Source: a virus (taxonomy: Duplodnaviria; Caudoviricetes). Taken from it: a DNA stretch of 58,225 nt. The DNA lies in IMG/VR virus record IMGVR_UViG_3300025173_000082, positions 1-58,225 of that record; one strand, given 5' to 3'. Numbering within the stretch: position 1 is the stretch's first letter; each line of letters opens with the position of its first letter. Made by a program: the position numbers and the translations under genes. Shown here piece after piece: positions 29,727 to 39,763 of the stretch. The notes beneath the pieces were generated by a model that was not told the origin of the DNA, did no database searches, and saw only the letters and a list, made by a program, of their open reading frames with translations.

Positions 29727-30067
29727 CAGTTGGCCGCCGCGAACGCGAGGGCGTGTGGATTCAGATCGCGCAACGCCTCGAAGGTGCCCTTCGTGTCCCG
29801 CAATTCCACCGCGTCGCCAGGCGCGAACGCGGAGGCCGTCGTGCCCTCTCGGCCACGCACGACCGTGAACGTGTCGGCTGCACGGGCGGTGACCTGCACG
29901 ATCTCCCGCGTACTGCCGACCTCCAGCGTGACCAGGAAAAAGTCGCCCCCGGTAATGGCCGGAAAGAGCGCCCCGTCACCAGACGCCACCGTGAGGCTGG
30001 TCGCCACGGACGTGATCCCGGCGGAGAGTGTACTCTTCGCGTTGTTGGCGAACAGTTGCTTGCTCAT
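29726..30067 (-). CDS. Virion structural protein
   Basis: FANNAKSTL...LFP...EIVQVTAR...RGREGT motif. Confidence 0.7.
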   Translation of the reverse strand: MSKQLFANNAKSTLSAGITSVATSLTVASGDGALFPAITGGDFFLVTLEVGSTREIVQVTARAADTFTVVRGREGTTASAFAPGDAVELRDTKGTFEALRDLNPHALAFAAAN

Positions 30068-31209
30068 ACGTGCTGTATCTCTTCCTCATCAAGAATCCGC
30101 CGTTGCTTCTCGGTCAGGAGATGCGTGGACACCGGCACCCACGAACAGCGACAGTGCGGGTGCAAGGAGATCACTGGGATCACGAATTCATCGGCGGGCC
30201 GATCCACCAGCGTCCCATCATCGAGGCGCTTCCGCTTCGCCAGCGAGCGCCCCACATTCATCACCGCTTTGCCAGGCCATACTTCCGTGTAGGGGTCCTT
30301 GTCCGGCTTGGCCGGGTCCACGATGGTAAAGACCGTCGCGTGCCACGTGGCACACCCCACACACGCCCCCGGATGCGCCAGCCAGCGCACCTGCTGCCCC
30401 ACCCCACGGGCGGAGAGATACCCGTCCGCTGCATTGTTGGCCGTTTCCGTCACGGCGATCCGCCGCCAGTCCCGATTGATCGTGCCGAACTCATCGGCCA
30501 GGGCTTGCGCGAGCGGGGGTCCCGCATACGTGGCGTACCCGGACACCACACGCCGCCGTTCCGCATCCAGAATGACTTTCTGGATGCGCGAGCGCGTCGC
30601 TGCCGTGAGGTCCGTCATCATCCGCGCCCCTTGCGTCTCCGCCAGTCGAATCCGCGCCTCATCCGTGGGATGCAGCGTCCACCGCCGTTTGGCTTCCGCC
30701 AGGGTGCCCGTGAGCGCGGCGATCATGGCCCTTGCTTTGTCGGGCGTCCCCGCCGCCGGGTCCTTGATCTCGTCCCGAATGAAGCCCGCAACGTATTGCT
30801 TCACGGCCTGCCGCTTGGCTACCGAAAGCGCCACCGACGGCGGCAGATAACGCATCATCAAGCAATCCACAATATCCATGTACTCCGCCAGCGAGAGGGA
30901 CCCAGGCGGGGCCGTGCGCGCGCGATGCTCCAAGTCCCGGCAGTGGGCCAGCGGATCGTCCGGCACGGCCTTGACCAGTGCGGCATGATCCAGCCCTCCC
31001 CTCAGCATCACGAGCATCCTCCGCTGGAGCGCGTCCAATGCCTGCGAGACCCAGGCGACGGAATCGTCCTCGACTTCGGCCAGAATCTCATCGGTCGGAT
31101 GCCGGTCATCGAGCAACGCATCCTCGACCGATTTGCACAGATAGTCCGTGACCGCATTGGCTTCTTCAGCGCGGACCTGTGAGGCATCAATCAACATGCC
31201 TGGCCTCAT
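30064..31209 (-). CDS. MuF/SPP1 gp7-like head morphogenesis protein
   Basis: RDWRRIAVTE, ACVGC, HPHCRC; directly after portal. Confidence 0.8.
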   Translation of the reverse strand: MRPGMLIDASQVRAEEANAVTDYLCKSVEDALLDDRHPTDEILAEVEDDSVAWVSQALDALQRRMLVMLRGGLDHAALVKAVPDDPLAHCRDLEHRARTAPPGSLSLAEYMDIVDCLMMRYLPPSVALSVAKRQAVKQYVAGFIRDEIKDPAAGTPDKARAMIAALTGTLAEAKRRWTLHPTDEARIRLAETQGARMMTDLTAATRSRIQKVILDAERRRVVSGYATYAGPPLAQALADEFGTINRDWRRIAVTETANNAADGYLSARGVGQQVRWLAHPGACVGCATWHATVFTIVDPAKPDKDPYTEVWPGKAVMNVGRSLAKRKRLDDGTLVDRPADEFVIPVISLHPHCRCSWVPVSTHLLTEKQRRILDEEEIQHV

Positions 31210-33014
31210 CCCACCACCACCACACTAGAACCGAGTATCGCCTTGCGGAACGCCATCGTGGAGCGCCCCTTATCCCGCTCCGCCACTTCAGGACGATTGA
31301 CCGGCCCGGTCGCCGCTGCCTCATCCCGATCTACCGAGTCCGTCAGCCGTGCCTGCACCGGACGGCCCGCTTCGTCTCTCTCTCCAGATGTCTCTGGCTC
31401 CGGTCCAGGCGATCCCCCTGACGCCCCCTCCGACATGCCAGGGTGTCCGCCCTGCGCCGCTTGCTGTGCGGCTTGATAGGCCGCCTGCAACATCGGATTG
31501 AGCGGCACATTGCCCCAGGCCCCCTCCGCCGGATCATTGCCATCCTGCTTCCGAAGTTCGTTGGCCGTGAGCGTGAGCTTGGCGACTTCGTGCTTCCAGG
31601 CCACGTCGTAGGGATGCAGGCCGAAGAACCGAAAGACGCAATCCTCGTCCAGTCGCAGGATCAGCGCATCCGTCAGGCCGTTCTCGATGAACGACATAAG
31701 GGGTTCCAGGCCCGTATCCCGTGCATCGGCAATCCGTTCGGCCATGTCTGAGCCGGACAGCGAGGACTTGCCCGCCGAAAAACTCTCGCTGTAAACCTCT
31801 GACGGGTCCATGCCGTACACCGAGCAGATGATCGCCGTGACGAGCACGATCCATTTGCTAAAATACATCTCGTTGAACTCCACACCGAACTTCGTGAATT
31901 CCGCGCCCGACTCTTTGTTCTCCGAGACCATCACGGGCATGGCCCAGGAGTTGTTCACGCCTTTCACCATTGAATTCCACTGTTGTTTGAAGAAGGCCAA
32001 TTGTTTCGTGTCGAACGACCCGAAGAGCGTCAGGAGGCCCTTGGGGATCGCGTTCGTGTCGAAGCCCTTGAGGTTATACGTCAGCGCGTTCAGGTAGCCC
32101 GTCACGACCTTCACGATCATTTCAGGCGGCGCGTAGCCGTACCCGCCAGACCGGATATCACTCCGAGGATTCTGCGCGAGATAGGCGATTTCGTGGGCCG
32201 TGAAGGTCGTGAGGGGTTGCCCGTTCACGACCTGGACCGCGATCACTTCGTCATCGCCCGCGTAGCCCTCTTCGGAGGCGAGATAGATGGTCGCGGCGTC
32301 GATGCAATGAAAGCCGTCCAGGAGCTTGTTGTTGCGCGTCGGGACGGTCTCGATGGCCCAGGCGTCCAGGGTCAAAATGTCACGGAGGCTTTTCGCCATG
32401 AACTCCGTCAGCCCGTCCCTGTTCAACGCCCGCTTCGCCTGTAGGGTCCGTGCCCAGCCCCCATGTAGCAGGAATTGCTCGATGGCCCGTTCGCGCTTGT
32501 CCCGTTTCTGGTTCGCGTCGTCGGAGCCGTCCATGCGGCGCACGGCAAACCCGATTTCCCGATCCGACTCTTTGGGCCGCAGAAACCGCCCGATCTGCCG
32601 GATACGCCGGAGGATGATGGCATTGATGAGTGGCGTGTGCTCGACCATGAGCCGCAAATGATCCGCGCCAAAGGCAGAGGGGCGCGTGATATAGCCGCCC
32701 GGCACTGAGCCCACAATGCCGAACTCATCCACAAAGACGGACTTGGGCTCATGGGGTGCCCGTGAGCGGGTTATGCCGGACTGAGAGGGCAATTCGCCCA
32801 TGCCTGCGTAGGGCCACAGATGGCCTTTGTGCAAGCCAGGCGCCTGGTCGTACTCCGCCGCCAACGCCTCGACCAGGGACGCTACATCGGTCGGGTTCGG
32901 CAGGTCTGAGCGCGTCGGCGCAAATGTCTGCATCATCTCGGCCCGCGCTGCAATCGCCTCGTTGGGCGGCGCGTTCGGCGACGACGCTACGTGATAGGTC
33001 TCGTCCACGACCAT
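31206..33014 (-). CDS. Portal protein
   Basis: NPRSD...GYGYAPPE, PKGLL, YGMDPSE, TANELRK; downstream of terminase. Confidence 0.85.
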   Translation of the reverse strand: MVVDETYHVASSPNAPPNEAIAARAEMMQTFAPTRSDLPNPTDVASLVEALAAEYDQAPGLHKGHLWPYAGMGELPSQSGITRSRAPHEPKSVFVDEFGIVGSVPGGYITRPSAFGADHLRLMVEHTPLINAIILRRIRQIGRFLRPKESDREIGFAVRRMDGSDDANQKRDKRERAIEQFLLHGGWARTLQAKRALNRDGLTEFMAKSLRDILTLDAWAIETVPTRNNKLLDGFHCIDAATIYLASEEGYAGDDEVIAVQVVNGQPLTTFTAHEIAYLAQNPRSDIRSGGYGYAPPEMIVKVVTGYLNALTYNLKGFDTNAIPKGLLTLFGSFDTKQLAFFKQQWNSMVKGVNNSWAMPVMVSENKESGAEFTKFGVEFNEMYFSKWIVLVTAIICSVYGMDPSEVYSESFSAGKSSLSGSDMAERIADARDTGLEPLMSFIENGLTDALILRLDEDCVFRFFGLHPYDVAWKHEVAKLTLTANELRKQDGNDPAEGAWGNVPLNPMLQAAYQAAQQAAQGGHPGMSEGASGGSPGPEPETSGERDEAGRPVQARLTDSVDRDEAAATGPVNRPEVAERDKGRSTMAFRKAILGSSVVVVG

Positions 33015-33162
33015 GCAAGCCCTCCCCCTGTTTCTGCACGGTGGCAGAAGATCAGATGAAAATCAAGGGTTGTTAATAAATTCTTTGCGCGTCGTGAATG
33101 GATAGCTCTGCCACGAGTCCCATGCCTCGACCCGCGCCTCCTCGATCATGCGTCTTCCTCTT

Positions 33163-34620
33163 TCAGTGCTGGCGGCCAGTACGCGCCCCACATCGTTTCC
33201 AGCGGGTCGTGCCGTCGGGCCGGTCTTCCAGGATGATGCCCTGCGCAGCCAGGTCGTTCCGAATCGCATCGGCCTTTGCAAACTCCTTGTTGCGCCGAGC
33301 ATCGTGGCGGTCAGCGATGTGCCGTTCAAGATCAGTCTCGCCGAGAACGGCATGATGGTCTGCACACTCCCATTCCTTCACGGGCACGAGGAACAGCCCC
33401 AGCCCCTGGCCCACGCGCCGGAACATCGCCCGCACATCGGCTCGTGCCTGAGACGACAATCCGGTGTGGAGCATGGTATTGATCTCGCTCCGCAGTCGCT
33501 GACACGCGGCAAGAGCGACGGGCGTGTTGCAGTCATCGTCCATCGCCTGTTCATAGGCCGCCGCACACTTCGACAGGCGCGCTGTGACCTCGCTATCGGC
33601 CACCTCCGCAGCGGTGGGCTGTTCGTCGAGGCGCAGCAAGAGGTCATACACCGTATTCAGACCAGCTCGCGCCTGACGCAAGGCCTCGTCCGAAAAATCA
33701 ATCGGACTGCGGTACTGCGTCGAGAGCAGGAAATACCGCACGACTTCGGCTGTCACAGGCTCGGGGGCCGGAAACTTCTCAAAGACCTCACGAATCGTAA
33801 AGAAATTGCCGAGCGACTTGGACATCTTCTCCTGATCCACCGTGACGAACCCGTTGTGGACCCAGTAGCGGGAGAATTCCTGGCCGGTGGCGGCGCAGGA
33901 TTGAGCGAGTTCATTTTCGTGGTGCGGAAAGATCAAATCCTGCCCACCCCCGTGGATGTCAAACGTCTCGCCAAGGTGCCTCATGGCCATCGCCGAACAT
34001 TCAATATGCCAGCCGGGACGCCCCGGTCCCCAGGGACTCTCCCAGGAAGGCTCGCCAGGCTTGGATGACTTCCACAGCGCGAAGTCCATGGGATTCCGCT
34101 TGCGCTCGTCCACCTCCACCCTCGCGCCGGCCAAGAGGTCCTCGGCCTTCCGTTTCGACAAGCGTCCATAGGCCGGATACTTCTCGACTTGAAAGTACAC
34201 ATCGCCGGCGACTTCATAGGCCATGCCCTTCTGGACAAGTGCTTCGACCAACTTGATGATGTCGGCCATGTGTTCTGTGGCTTTGGGCTCGACGGAAGCT
34301 TGGCGAACACCAAGTTTCCCCATGTCTTCATGGTAGGCCTGTATGTATTTCGCGGTGATCGTGTCGCAACTGACGTTCTGTTCGTTTGCGCGTTTGATGA
34401 TCTTGTCATCAACGTCCGTAAAATTCTTGACGAACTCGACGCAGTAGCCGGAAAACTCTAAATGGCGACGAATAACGTCGAAGACCAGGGCGCTCCGTGC
34501 ATGCCCCAAATGACACTCGTCATAGACGGTGACGCCGCACACGTACATCTTGACCTGCCCAGGCACCAGCGGCTCAAAGGGGTCTTTGTGGCCGGTCAGG
34601 GTATTAAAGAGGGTCAGCAT
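33163..34620 (-). CDS. cysS: Cysteinyl-tRNA synthetase
   Basis: MLTLFNTLT, MYVCGVTVYD, HLGH (HIGH), NFTDVDDKII, DFALWK, GRPGWHIECS, FPHHENE, KMSKSLGN, ADAIRNDL..GIILED. Confidence 0.95.
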   Translation of the reverse strand: MLTLFNTLTGHKDPFEPLVPGQVKMYVCGVTVYDECHLGHARSALVFDVIRRHLEFSGYCVEFVKNFTDVDDKIIKRANEQNVSCDTITAKYIQAYHEDMGKLGVRQASVEPKATEHMADIIKLVEALVQKGMAYEVAGDVYFQVEKYPAYGRLSKRKAEDLLAGARVEVDERKRNPMDFALWKSSKPGEPSWESPWGPGRPGWHIECSAMAMRHLGETFDIHGGGQDLIFPHHENELAQSCAATGQEFSRYWVHNGFVTVDQEKMSKSLGNFFTIREVFEKFPAPEPVTAEVVRYFLLSTQYRSPIDFSDEALRQARAGLNTVYDLLLRLDEQPTAAEVADSEVTARLSKCAAAYEQAMDDDCNTPVALAACQRLRSEINTMLHTGLSSQARADVRAMFRRVGQGLGLFLVPVKEWECADHHAVLGETDLERHIADRHDARRNKEFAKADAIRNDLAAQGIILEDRPDGTTRWKRCGARTGRQH

Positions 34621-34941
34621 CGGTCGGCACTCCACGCAAAAGCCCCGATGAACGGCACAAAAACGCAGTCTCCCAAGTCGCTCATCTTCAGCGTCCCTCG
34701 TTGTTTCACTCCGAGTTGCAAGGCCTGGCGAGTCCGATCGCCAACCGGGATGACCACCCGCCCGCCTTCCTTCAACTGCTCCACCAGCAACGACGGAATG
34801 GACGGAGATCCGGCCGCCACCAGAATCGCATCGAAGGGTGCCGCCTCTCCCCACCCATAGGTGCCGTCGCTGTTGCGGGTTGCCACATTCCGATACCCCA
34901 GCCGGTCGAGCCGCTCACGCGCCTTCACCGCCAGCGACTCC
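34614..34941 (-). pseudogene. pcm: C-terminal half of protein-L-isoaspartate O-methyltransferase
   Basis: DGTYGW.EAAPFDAILVAA, LVEQLKEGGRVVIPVG, VFVPFIG; N-terminal SAM motif I absent. Confidence 0.85.
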
Positions 34942-34945
34942 TCTA

Positions 34946-37060
34946 TTATGCGTCGTCCTCTTTCGGGTCGTACTGGTCCTCGCAGGCCGGATACCCGGCC
35001 TCCGTGCCCATGCGCTTCGCCTGACAGAGCTTGAGTGCCGCGCTAAAATGCGTACAGATGCCACAGGTGGCCGTGATCGGTTCCGGGGCGACCGGCATCG
35101 CCAGGCGCGTCTGCATCTGCGTCAGGTCCGCCGCGTCCCGAACGGACAGGTCAGGCCGCGTCGCTTGCAGGGCTTCCACCGTGGGCGGCAGCGCCCCCTG
35201 CGGGACGATCAAGGCCGTGCCCCCGACCCGCCGCGTCGCCGCCATCACCGCATAGGTCCAGGCATGAGCGAAATGCGGGTCAATCCCGATGTTCTCCCAC
35301 ACCATGCGAAACTCGCCGGTTTCGACGGTCTCGCCGGTTTTACTATCCCGCCTGGCGACCGCGAGCTTATGCCGGGCCACCGAGCGCAGATGATAGAACA
35401 GCCCTTGCTCCTTTGTGTCCGGGCTCCCCAGGCAGACATGGGACTGCATCGGCACGCCCATCACCTTCACGGTCTGCACCAGCCCACGCGGATGCGGGCA
35501 CACCACGCGCCGAGTGACCCACTGCATGAGCGCGTACTCAATCGCCTTATACCGATCAAGGAATACGTGAAACTCGAACTTCGCGTCCGGGCGAGCGCCC
35601 CACAGAGCTTTCAGTTCGCCGTCGCGATCCGACCAGCGGATCATGTGGGCATTGTCCGTGTAGTACGCCAGGAACACCCGCCTCTTGAACCGCTTAGCAA
35701 ACTTGACCGCTTCGTTGTAGCTGGGGAGCGCGTCTATCACGCACACGTCCACATCGAAGCGGGCCATCAATTCGTAGAGCCTGGCGAAGGGATCATCCCC
35801 CTGCACGATCTCCACATGCGCCATCTGGAGCTTGCCGTCGTCACGGACCGTGAGGATCACGGCATGGTTCTCTCCGCCGCGCTGGTCCACCCCCATCAAA
35901 CAGTTGGTCCCCTTGTGCTGCCACGGGACCGACTCGTCTACGCACGTCAACGCGACCGATTCCGGCACCAGAATATTGTCCGGGTCCACCCAGGGGAGTC
36001 CCAGCGTGGAATTATAGAATTCCTTCCGGTCGGTCGCCTCCAAGTACTTCTGCCAGATGCCCGCCGCCGTCTTGACCGGAGACACGATTTGCGACACATG
36101 AAACCCGCTCACGCGGGATTCTGGTTGCCGGGGCACATACCAGCCGTCCCCCGGATGCTCAATCCGCCGGTCGCATCGCGGACAGCGCCACCAGACTTCC
36201 ACGCCGCGCACCCCGACACTATCGGGGAAGGTATGCGCAAGCGACACGCCTTCCCGGCACCCGCACCGGCTATGCCAAACGTGCATCGTAGACTGCTTGA
36301 AGTAAGCATTGATGTCGCAATCGGGGAAGCCTGCGGTGCTGAGCTTGAATATCAGCGGCACGTCCGCATGGCTCACACGCTCCGAGGCCAGTTCGATCTC
36401 CCCCATCGTCATCCGCCGCACTTCATCAAAGAAAAGCGCGTCCATCGGGATGGCTTCCGTTGAGGTCTTGCCGCCCATGTAGGAGAAATACACCGTGGAT
36501 TCGCCCAGCGTGCGGACACGCTTTCGGTCATCCGCCTTGGCCTCGCGCCCCACCAGTGACGGGGGCGCTCCAAGCATGGCCCCCACGGTCGGGTTCGATA
36601 TGATGAGCGGATAAAACCGATTCGACGAAAAGATGTCCGCGAGTTCCCGGTCCGGAAGAAAGTAACCGACGTTGCGCCCCCAGCGTTTCAGCGCCGTGAA
36701 CGTGGTCGCCGTGAGCGCCGCGCCGGACTTCCCGACTTGCGCCGCCGTCTGGAGTACCACATCCAGCCGTCCCTGTTTCCGCGCCCGCCCCAGGTCAAAG
36801 GCCGCGTACACGTCCTTCAGGTACGCATGTTGGGAAAATTCGAGAGGCCGCTTGTCGAGCAAAAAGGGATTCGCCTGGACGAACTCAAGGAGGGTGTCCG
36901 GCAGGTCACGCACGAACGCTGGTGGCTCCATCAGGCGAGACTGCCCCATACCACCGAGCAGCGCACAGATCGCGCCCCACATCCGCTCTTCAGCCGAGAC
37001 GAGCGGGGTGCCCGGCGAGATCGGCTTGGATCGCGGTGAGGATGCGAGGGTCAGCGACAT
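34946..37060 (-). CDS. Terminase large subunit (GpA-like)
   Basis: AAQVGKS, FFDEV, Zn finger, FYNSTLGLPW, MGVDQ, IDALP, DPHFAH. Confidence 0.88.
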   Translation of the reverse strand: MSLTLASSPRSKPISPGTPLVSAEERMWGAICALLGGMGQSRLMEPPAFVRDLPDTLLEFVQANPFLLDKRPLEFSQHAYLKDVYAAFDLGRARKQGRLDVVLQTAAQVGKSGAALTATTFTALKRWGRNVGYFLPDRELADIFSSNRFYPLIISNPTVGAMLGAPPSLVGREAKADDRKRVRTLGESTVYFSYMGGKTSTEAIPMDALFFDEVRRMTMGEIELASERVSHADVPLIFKLSTAGFPDCDINAYFKQSTMHVWHSRCGCREGVSLAHTFPDSVGVRGVEVWWRCPRCDRRIEHPGDGWYVPRQPESRVSGFHVSQIVSPVKTAAGIWQKYLEATDRKEFYNSTLGLPWVDPDNILVPESVALTCVDESVPWQHKGTNCLMGVDQRGGENHAVILTVRDDGKLQMAHVEIVQGDDPFARLYELMARFDVDVCVIDALPSYNEAVKFAKRFKRRVFLAYYTDNAHMIRWSDRDGELKALWGARPDAKFEFHVFLDRYKAIEYALMQWVTRRVVCPHPRGLVQTVKVMGVPMQSHVCLGSPDTKEQGLFYHLRSVARHKLAVARRDSKTGETVETGEFRMVWENIGIDPHFAHAWTYAVMAATRRVGGTALIVPQGALPPTVEALQATRPDLSVRDAADLTQMQTRLAMPVAPEPITATCGICTHFSAALKLCQAKRMGTEAGYPACEDQYDPKEDDA

Positions 37061-37517
37061 GCTTCCTCAAGATGCTCATGAACCGAGCGGCCACCGCTTG
37101 CACGGTCCCCTCGGTGATCTTCATGGAGGCCGCCAACTCGACTTGTGATTTCGTCTTGATGGCCTCCAGTCGCCGTTCGACCATCTGGCTGATCGCCACC
37201 AACTGCCCCGGCTCTTGCCCCCGCAGGGCCTCGCAGTCGGCAATCTTGCCGACGAGCACAGTCAAGAATGCGATATCGTCGTCCATGGTGTGCAGGTCGG
37301 GATGCTGCTTGATCTCGGCAATCAAGTCCTGGTACTGCGCCCGCAATACTTTGGAGTAGAGGCCATGCTTGATCGTGGCCGAAATACCGCCGTGGAGCCA
37401 GCATCGTCCAATCCTCGGATGATCTGTCCGACTGCCCGCTGTTTGCTTGCAGGTCCGGTCTTTCTTGCGGAGCTTGGCCCCGCAGAGCGCTACGGTAGAT
37501 GGCTTGGTATGTCTCAT
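36990..37517 (-). CDS. Terminase small subunit-like protein (HGG motif)
   Basis: CGAK...C...GRCWLHGG...KHGLYS directly upstream of terL. Confidence 0.75.
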   Translation of the reverse strand: MRHTKPSTVALCGAKLRKKDRTCKQTAGSRTDHPRIGRCWLHGGISATIKHGLYSKVLRAQYQDLIAEIKQHPDLHTMDDDIAFLTVLVGKIADCEALRGQEPGQLVAISQMVERRLEAIKTKSQVELAASMKITEGTVQAVAARFMSILRKHVADPRILTAIQADLAGHPARLG

Positions 37518-37552
37518 AGGGGATCATAGGCTTTCAGCGTGTTGCATAGGGG

Positions 37553-37801
37553 TCACGCGGCCACCGTCACCCGCACACGCAGGTTGACCATCGTGAGCGG
37601 CAAGAGCGCGGCCACCGCCGCCAGGGAGTCGTTGGAGAACGCGATGAGCACCTTGCCGCCCCCCTCGCCGTCAAACCGGATGCAGGATTTATCGAGCAAC
37701 GCACCCGTGAACTCGATGGCCGCCAGGAGGTTACGAGTCGCGTCCGGCATTGACGGCGGCGCCACGGTAGCAGGTGTTTTTACCGCTGTGCGCTTACGCA
37801 C
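37553..37801 (-). CDS. Hypothetical protein
   Basis: Operon continuity. Confidence 0.5.
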   Translation of the reverse strand: MRKRTAVKTPATVAPPSMPDATRNLLAAIEFTGALLDKSCIRFDGEGGGKVLIAFSNDSLAAVAALLPLTMVNLRVRVTVAA

Positions 37802-38004
37802 GGCCGCTCCCAGTCCATCCGGTCGAGACGCTCGATCTCTGATTCTTCGCGGGCGATGGATTCCAGCGTCACGCCGAAGCGTTTCCTGGTGATGCGGATG
37901 CGGTCCAGTCGCCCCTCTTCAATCCAGCGCCCGATGGTGTTTCGACTGACCCCGAACCGATCCGCCGTGCGTGCGATGGTGAGATGAGGAGGACGCCCAG
38001 CCAT
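37780..38004 (-). CDS. Excisionase/MerR-like HTH DNA-binding protein
   Basis: TIARTADRFGVSRNTIGRWIEEGRL. Confidence 0.75.
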   Translation of the reverse strand: MAGRPPHLTIARTADRFGVSRNTIGRWIEEGRLDRIRITRKRFGVTLESIAREESEIERLDRMDWERPCVSAQR

Positions 38005-38029
38005 AAGTCCCGTATAGATAGCACGAAAA

Positions 38030-38758
38030 TTAGAAGTTGTCAATATTTTCAAATCGGGCATCACGGTCCCGCACGGCAATCACATCGCACATCCCGACGA
38101 TGCGAGACACGATGGGTGCGCCGATTTGTGTGTCGAGTTCGTCCAGCGATTTGTTTGTAGTGAGAATTATGGGTAGAACGTAGTTGTACCGATAGTTAAT
38201 AAGTTCGTAGAGTGTGCTGCGTACCCAGTCGGTCACGCGCTCCTGCCCTAGATCGTCGAGGATGAGGTATGGTGTCTGACTCGTCTGGCGAAGCAACTCC
38301 GTCGTGTCTCCTCCGCGCTCGATCCGGCTGCGGAGCGCAGTGAGCCAGTCCGACACCGTCCACCACTGCACCGTCTGTCCGCATCGCACCAGGTCTCGTC
38401 CGATGGCGGCGGCCATGTGTGTCTTGCCGGTGCCTGGCGGGCCGGAGAAGACAATCCCTCTGCAACTGGCGGGGGCGGTGATGAACGCAGCGGCGGCGCG
38501 GAGCGCTGTCCGATTGCCGTCGGAGGCGATCAGGTCGGTGAGTGACGCCTGCGCGTAGCGTGGGGGGAGTCGTAGCGTGCGCTGGAACCGGTCTCTGCGC
38601 TCCCGTGTGTCCGTGTCCGCCGCCGGCGGCGGCGCGGGTGATGACGTGGTGGCAACGTCCATGCGTTGCTTTAGCGTAGCGAGCACGACTTGCACCGCGT
38701 CTCCTAGCGGCGCCAATGTCTCGGCGTGTTCGATCCGGTTGTGTTGTGCAGTTAGCAT
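38030..38758 (-). CDS. DnaC/IstB-like helicase loader ATPase
   Basis: GPPGTGKTHMA, LILDDLG, ILTTN, SRIVGM. Confidence 0.9.
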   Translation of the reverse strand: MLTAQHNRIEHAETLAPLGDAVQVVLATLKQRMDVATTSSPAPPPAADTDTRERRDRFQRTLRLPPRYAQASLTDLIASDGNRTALRAAAAFITAPASCRGIVFSGPPGTGKTHMAAAIGRDLVRCGQTVQWWTVSDWLTALRSRIERGGDTTELLRQTSQTPYLILDDLGQERVTDWVRSTLYELINYRYNYVLPIILTTNKSLDELDTQIGAPIVSRIVGMCDVIAVRDRDARFENIDNF

Positions 38759-39474
38759 TGTGTGACTCCTGCGTATTTTCCTGTATGGTCTGTTTGTGGC
38801 TGCTTCGTCGGCTCAGCTTTATTGAGCCAGTTGAGGAAGGCGCGTTTGGTGGCGGTGCGTTCGTGGGCGGTCATCCATGTTTTGCATTTCTCATATTCGA
38901 TCCTCACGTTGATGCCGGCCCCTCCGTAAGCCGGAGACTGTTCTTGTGCGAGCAAGAATTCTTCATCGACTAATTTTGGATGCGCCGCATTTTTCTTTTG
39001 CGTGGCGTCTCTCTCTCTCTCAGACTCTCTCTCTCTCTTCTCTTCTCTTTCTTTCTTCTCTGTCTCTGTCTCTGTCTCTGTCTCTGTCTCTGAGAGAGCA
39101 TTTTGCTTGCATGGTGCTATCATTGTGCTAGTTCGGAGCTTGCGTGATGCTATCAAGAATCCTGCGTTTATTAGCGGAGTTAAATCAGGTTTGTACGTGA
39201 GTCGCATAGTCAATTGGATATAGATAGGGTCATTAGGAATGAGGTTATTTTGGCGACTCGCAACCAATAAAAACGTTAAATAATGCCCACGTTGCACAGC
39301 ATCGAGCGCTAAAAAGTCTGGATCGTTCAAAATATCGTAGTATAATTTGATCCACGGCGGGGATCGTTTTTTGTAATGCTGGTAACGCTCGAAATTCTTC
39401 ACGGAGAGAAATTCTTGCCCTCGTCGCCTGGTCGTGGGAGGCGTGACAGACTCACCGACGTTGTGCGTAGCCAT
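38752..39474 (-). CDS. Phage replication initiator
   Basis: NFERYQHYK...PWIKLY, ETETETETE linker, AFLNWL; upstream of DnaC-like gene. Confidence 0.8.
   Translation of the reverse strand: MATHNVGESVTPPTTRRRGQEFLSVKNFERYQHYKKRSPPWIKLYYDILNDPDFLALDAVQRGHYLTFLLVASRQNNLIPNDPIYIQLTMRLTYKPDLTPLINAGFLIASRKLRTSTMIAPCKQNALSETETETETETEKKEREEKRERESERERDATQKKNAAHPKLVDEEFLLAQEQSPAYGGAGINVRIEYEKCKTWMTAHERTATKRAFLNWLNKAEPTKQPQTDHTGKYAGVTQC
39008..39091. repeat. Polypyrimidine / (TC)n and (TCTCTG)n tract inside the initiator gene
   Basis: tctctctc...ctctgtctctgtctctg. Confidence 0.85.
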
Positions 39475-39763
39475 ACTTATGTGCCCCAACTTGCACTACA
39501 TGAGACACGATTGACTAGTTTGGCTAACTGAGTATCCCACGCTTTCCTTAGATGGAAGTCCGCATCGCGCTTGACGTAGGACAATTCGATTGCGTCCCGT
39601 GCTGCCATTCGTTTCACGATTTCCCCCCACTGAGAATCATCATCCATATAGCCAATCCAATCACGAGCAGGGTCGGCGTGATCGCCGCCCCAGCCAGGAA
39701 CCCCCACCAAAAGTCGCTACGGTAGTATATCGGCATCCATAGGAGCGGCGTCATCGTGTCTCC

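Noticed and set aside
34621-34854. N-terminal extension of cysS in the ORF track
   Set aside because: CysRS similarity starts at MLTLFNT (34620); the upstream DNA codes the pcm fragment in another frame.
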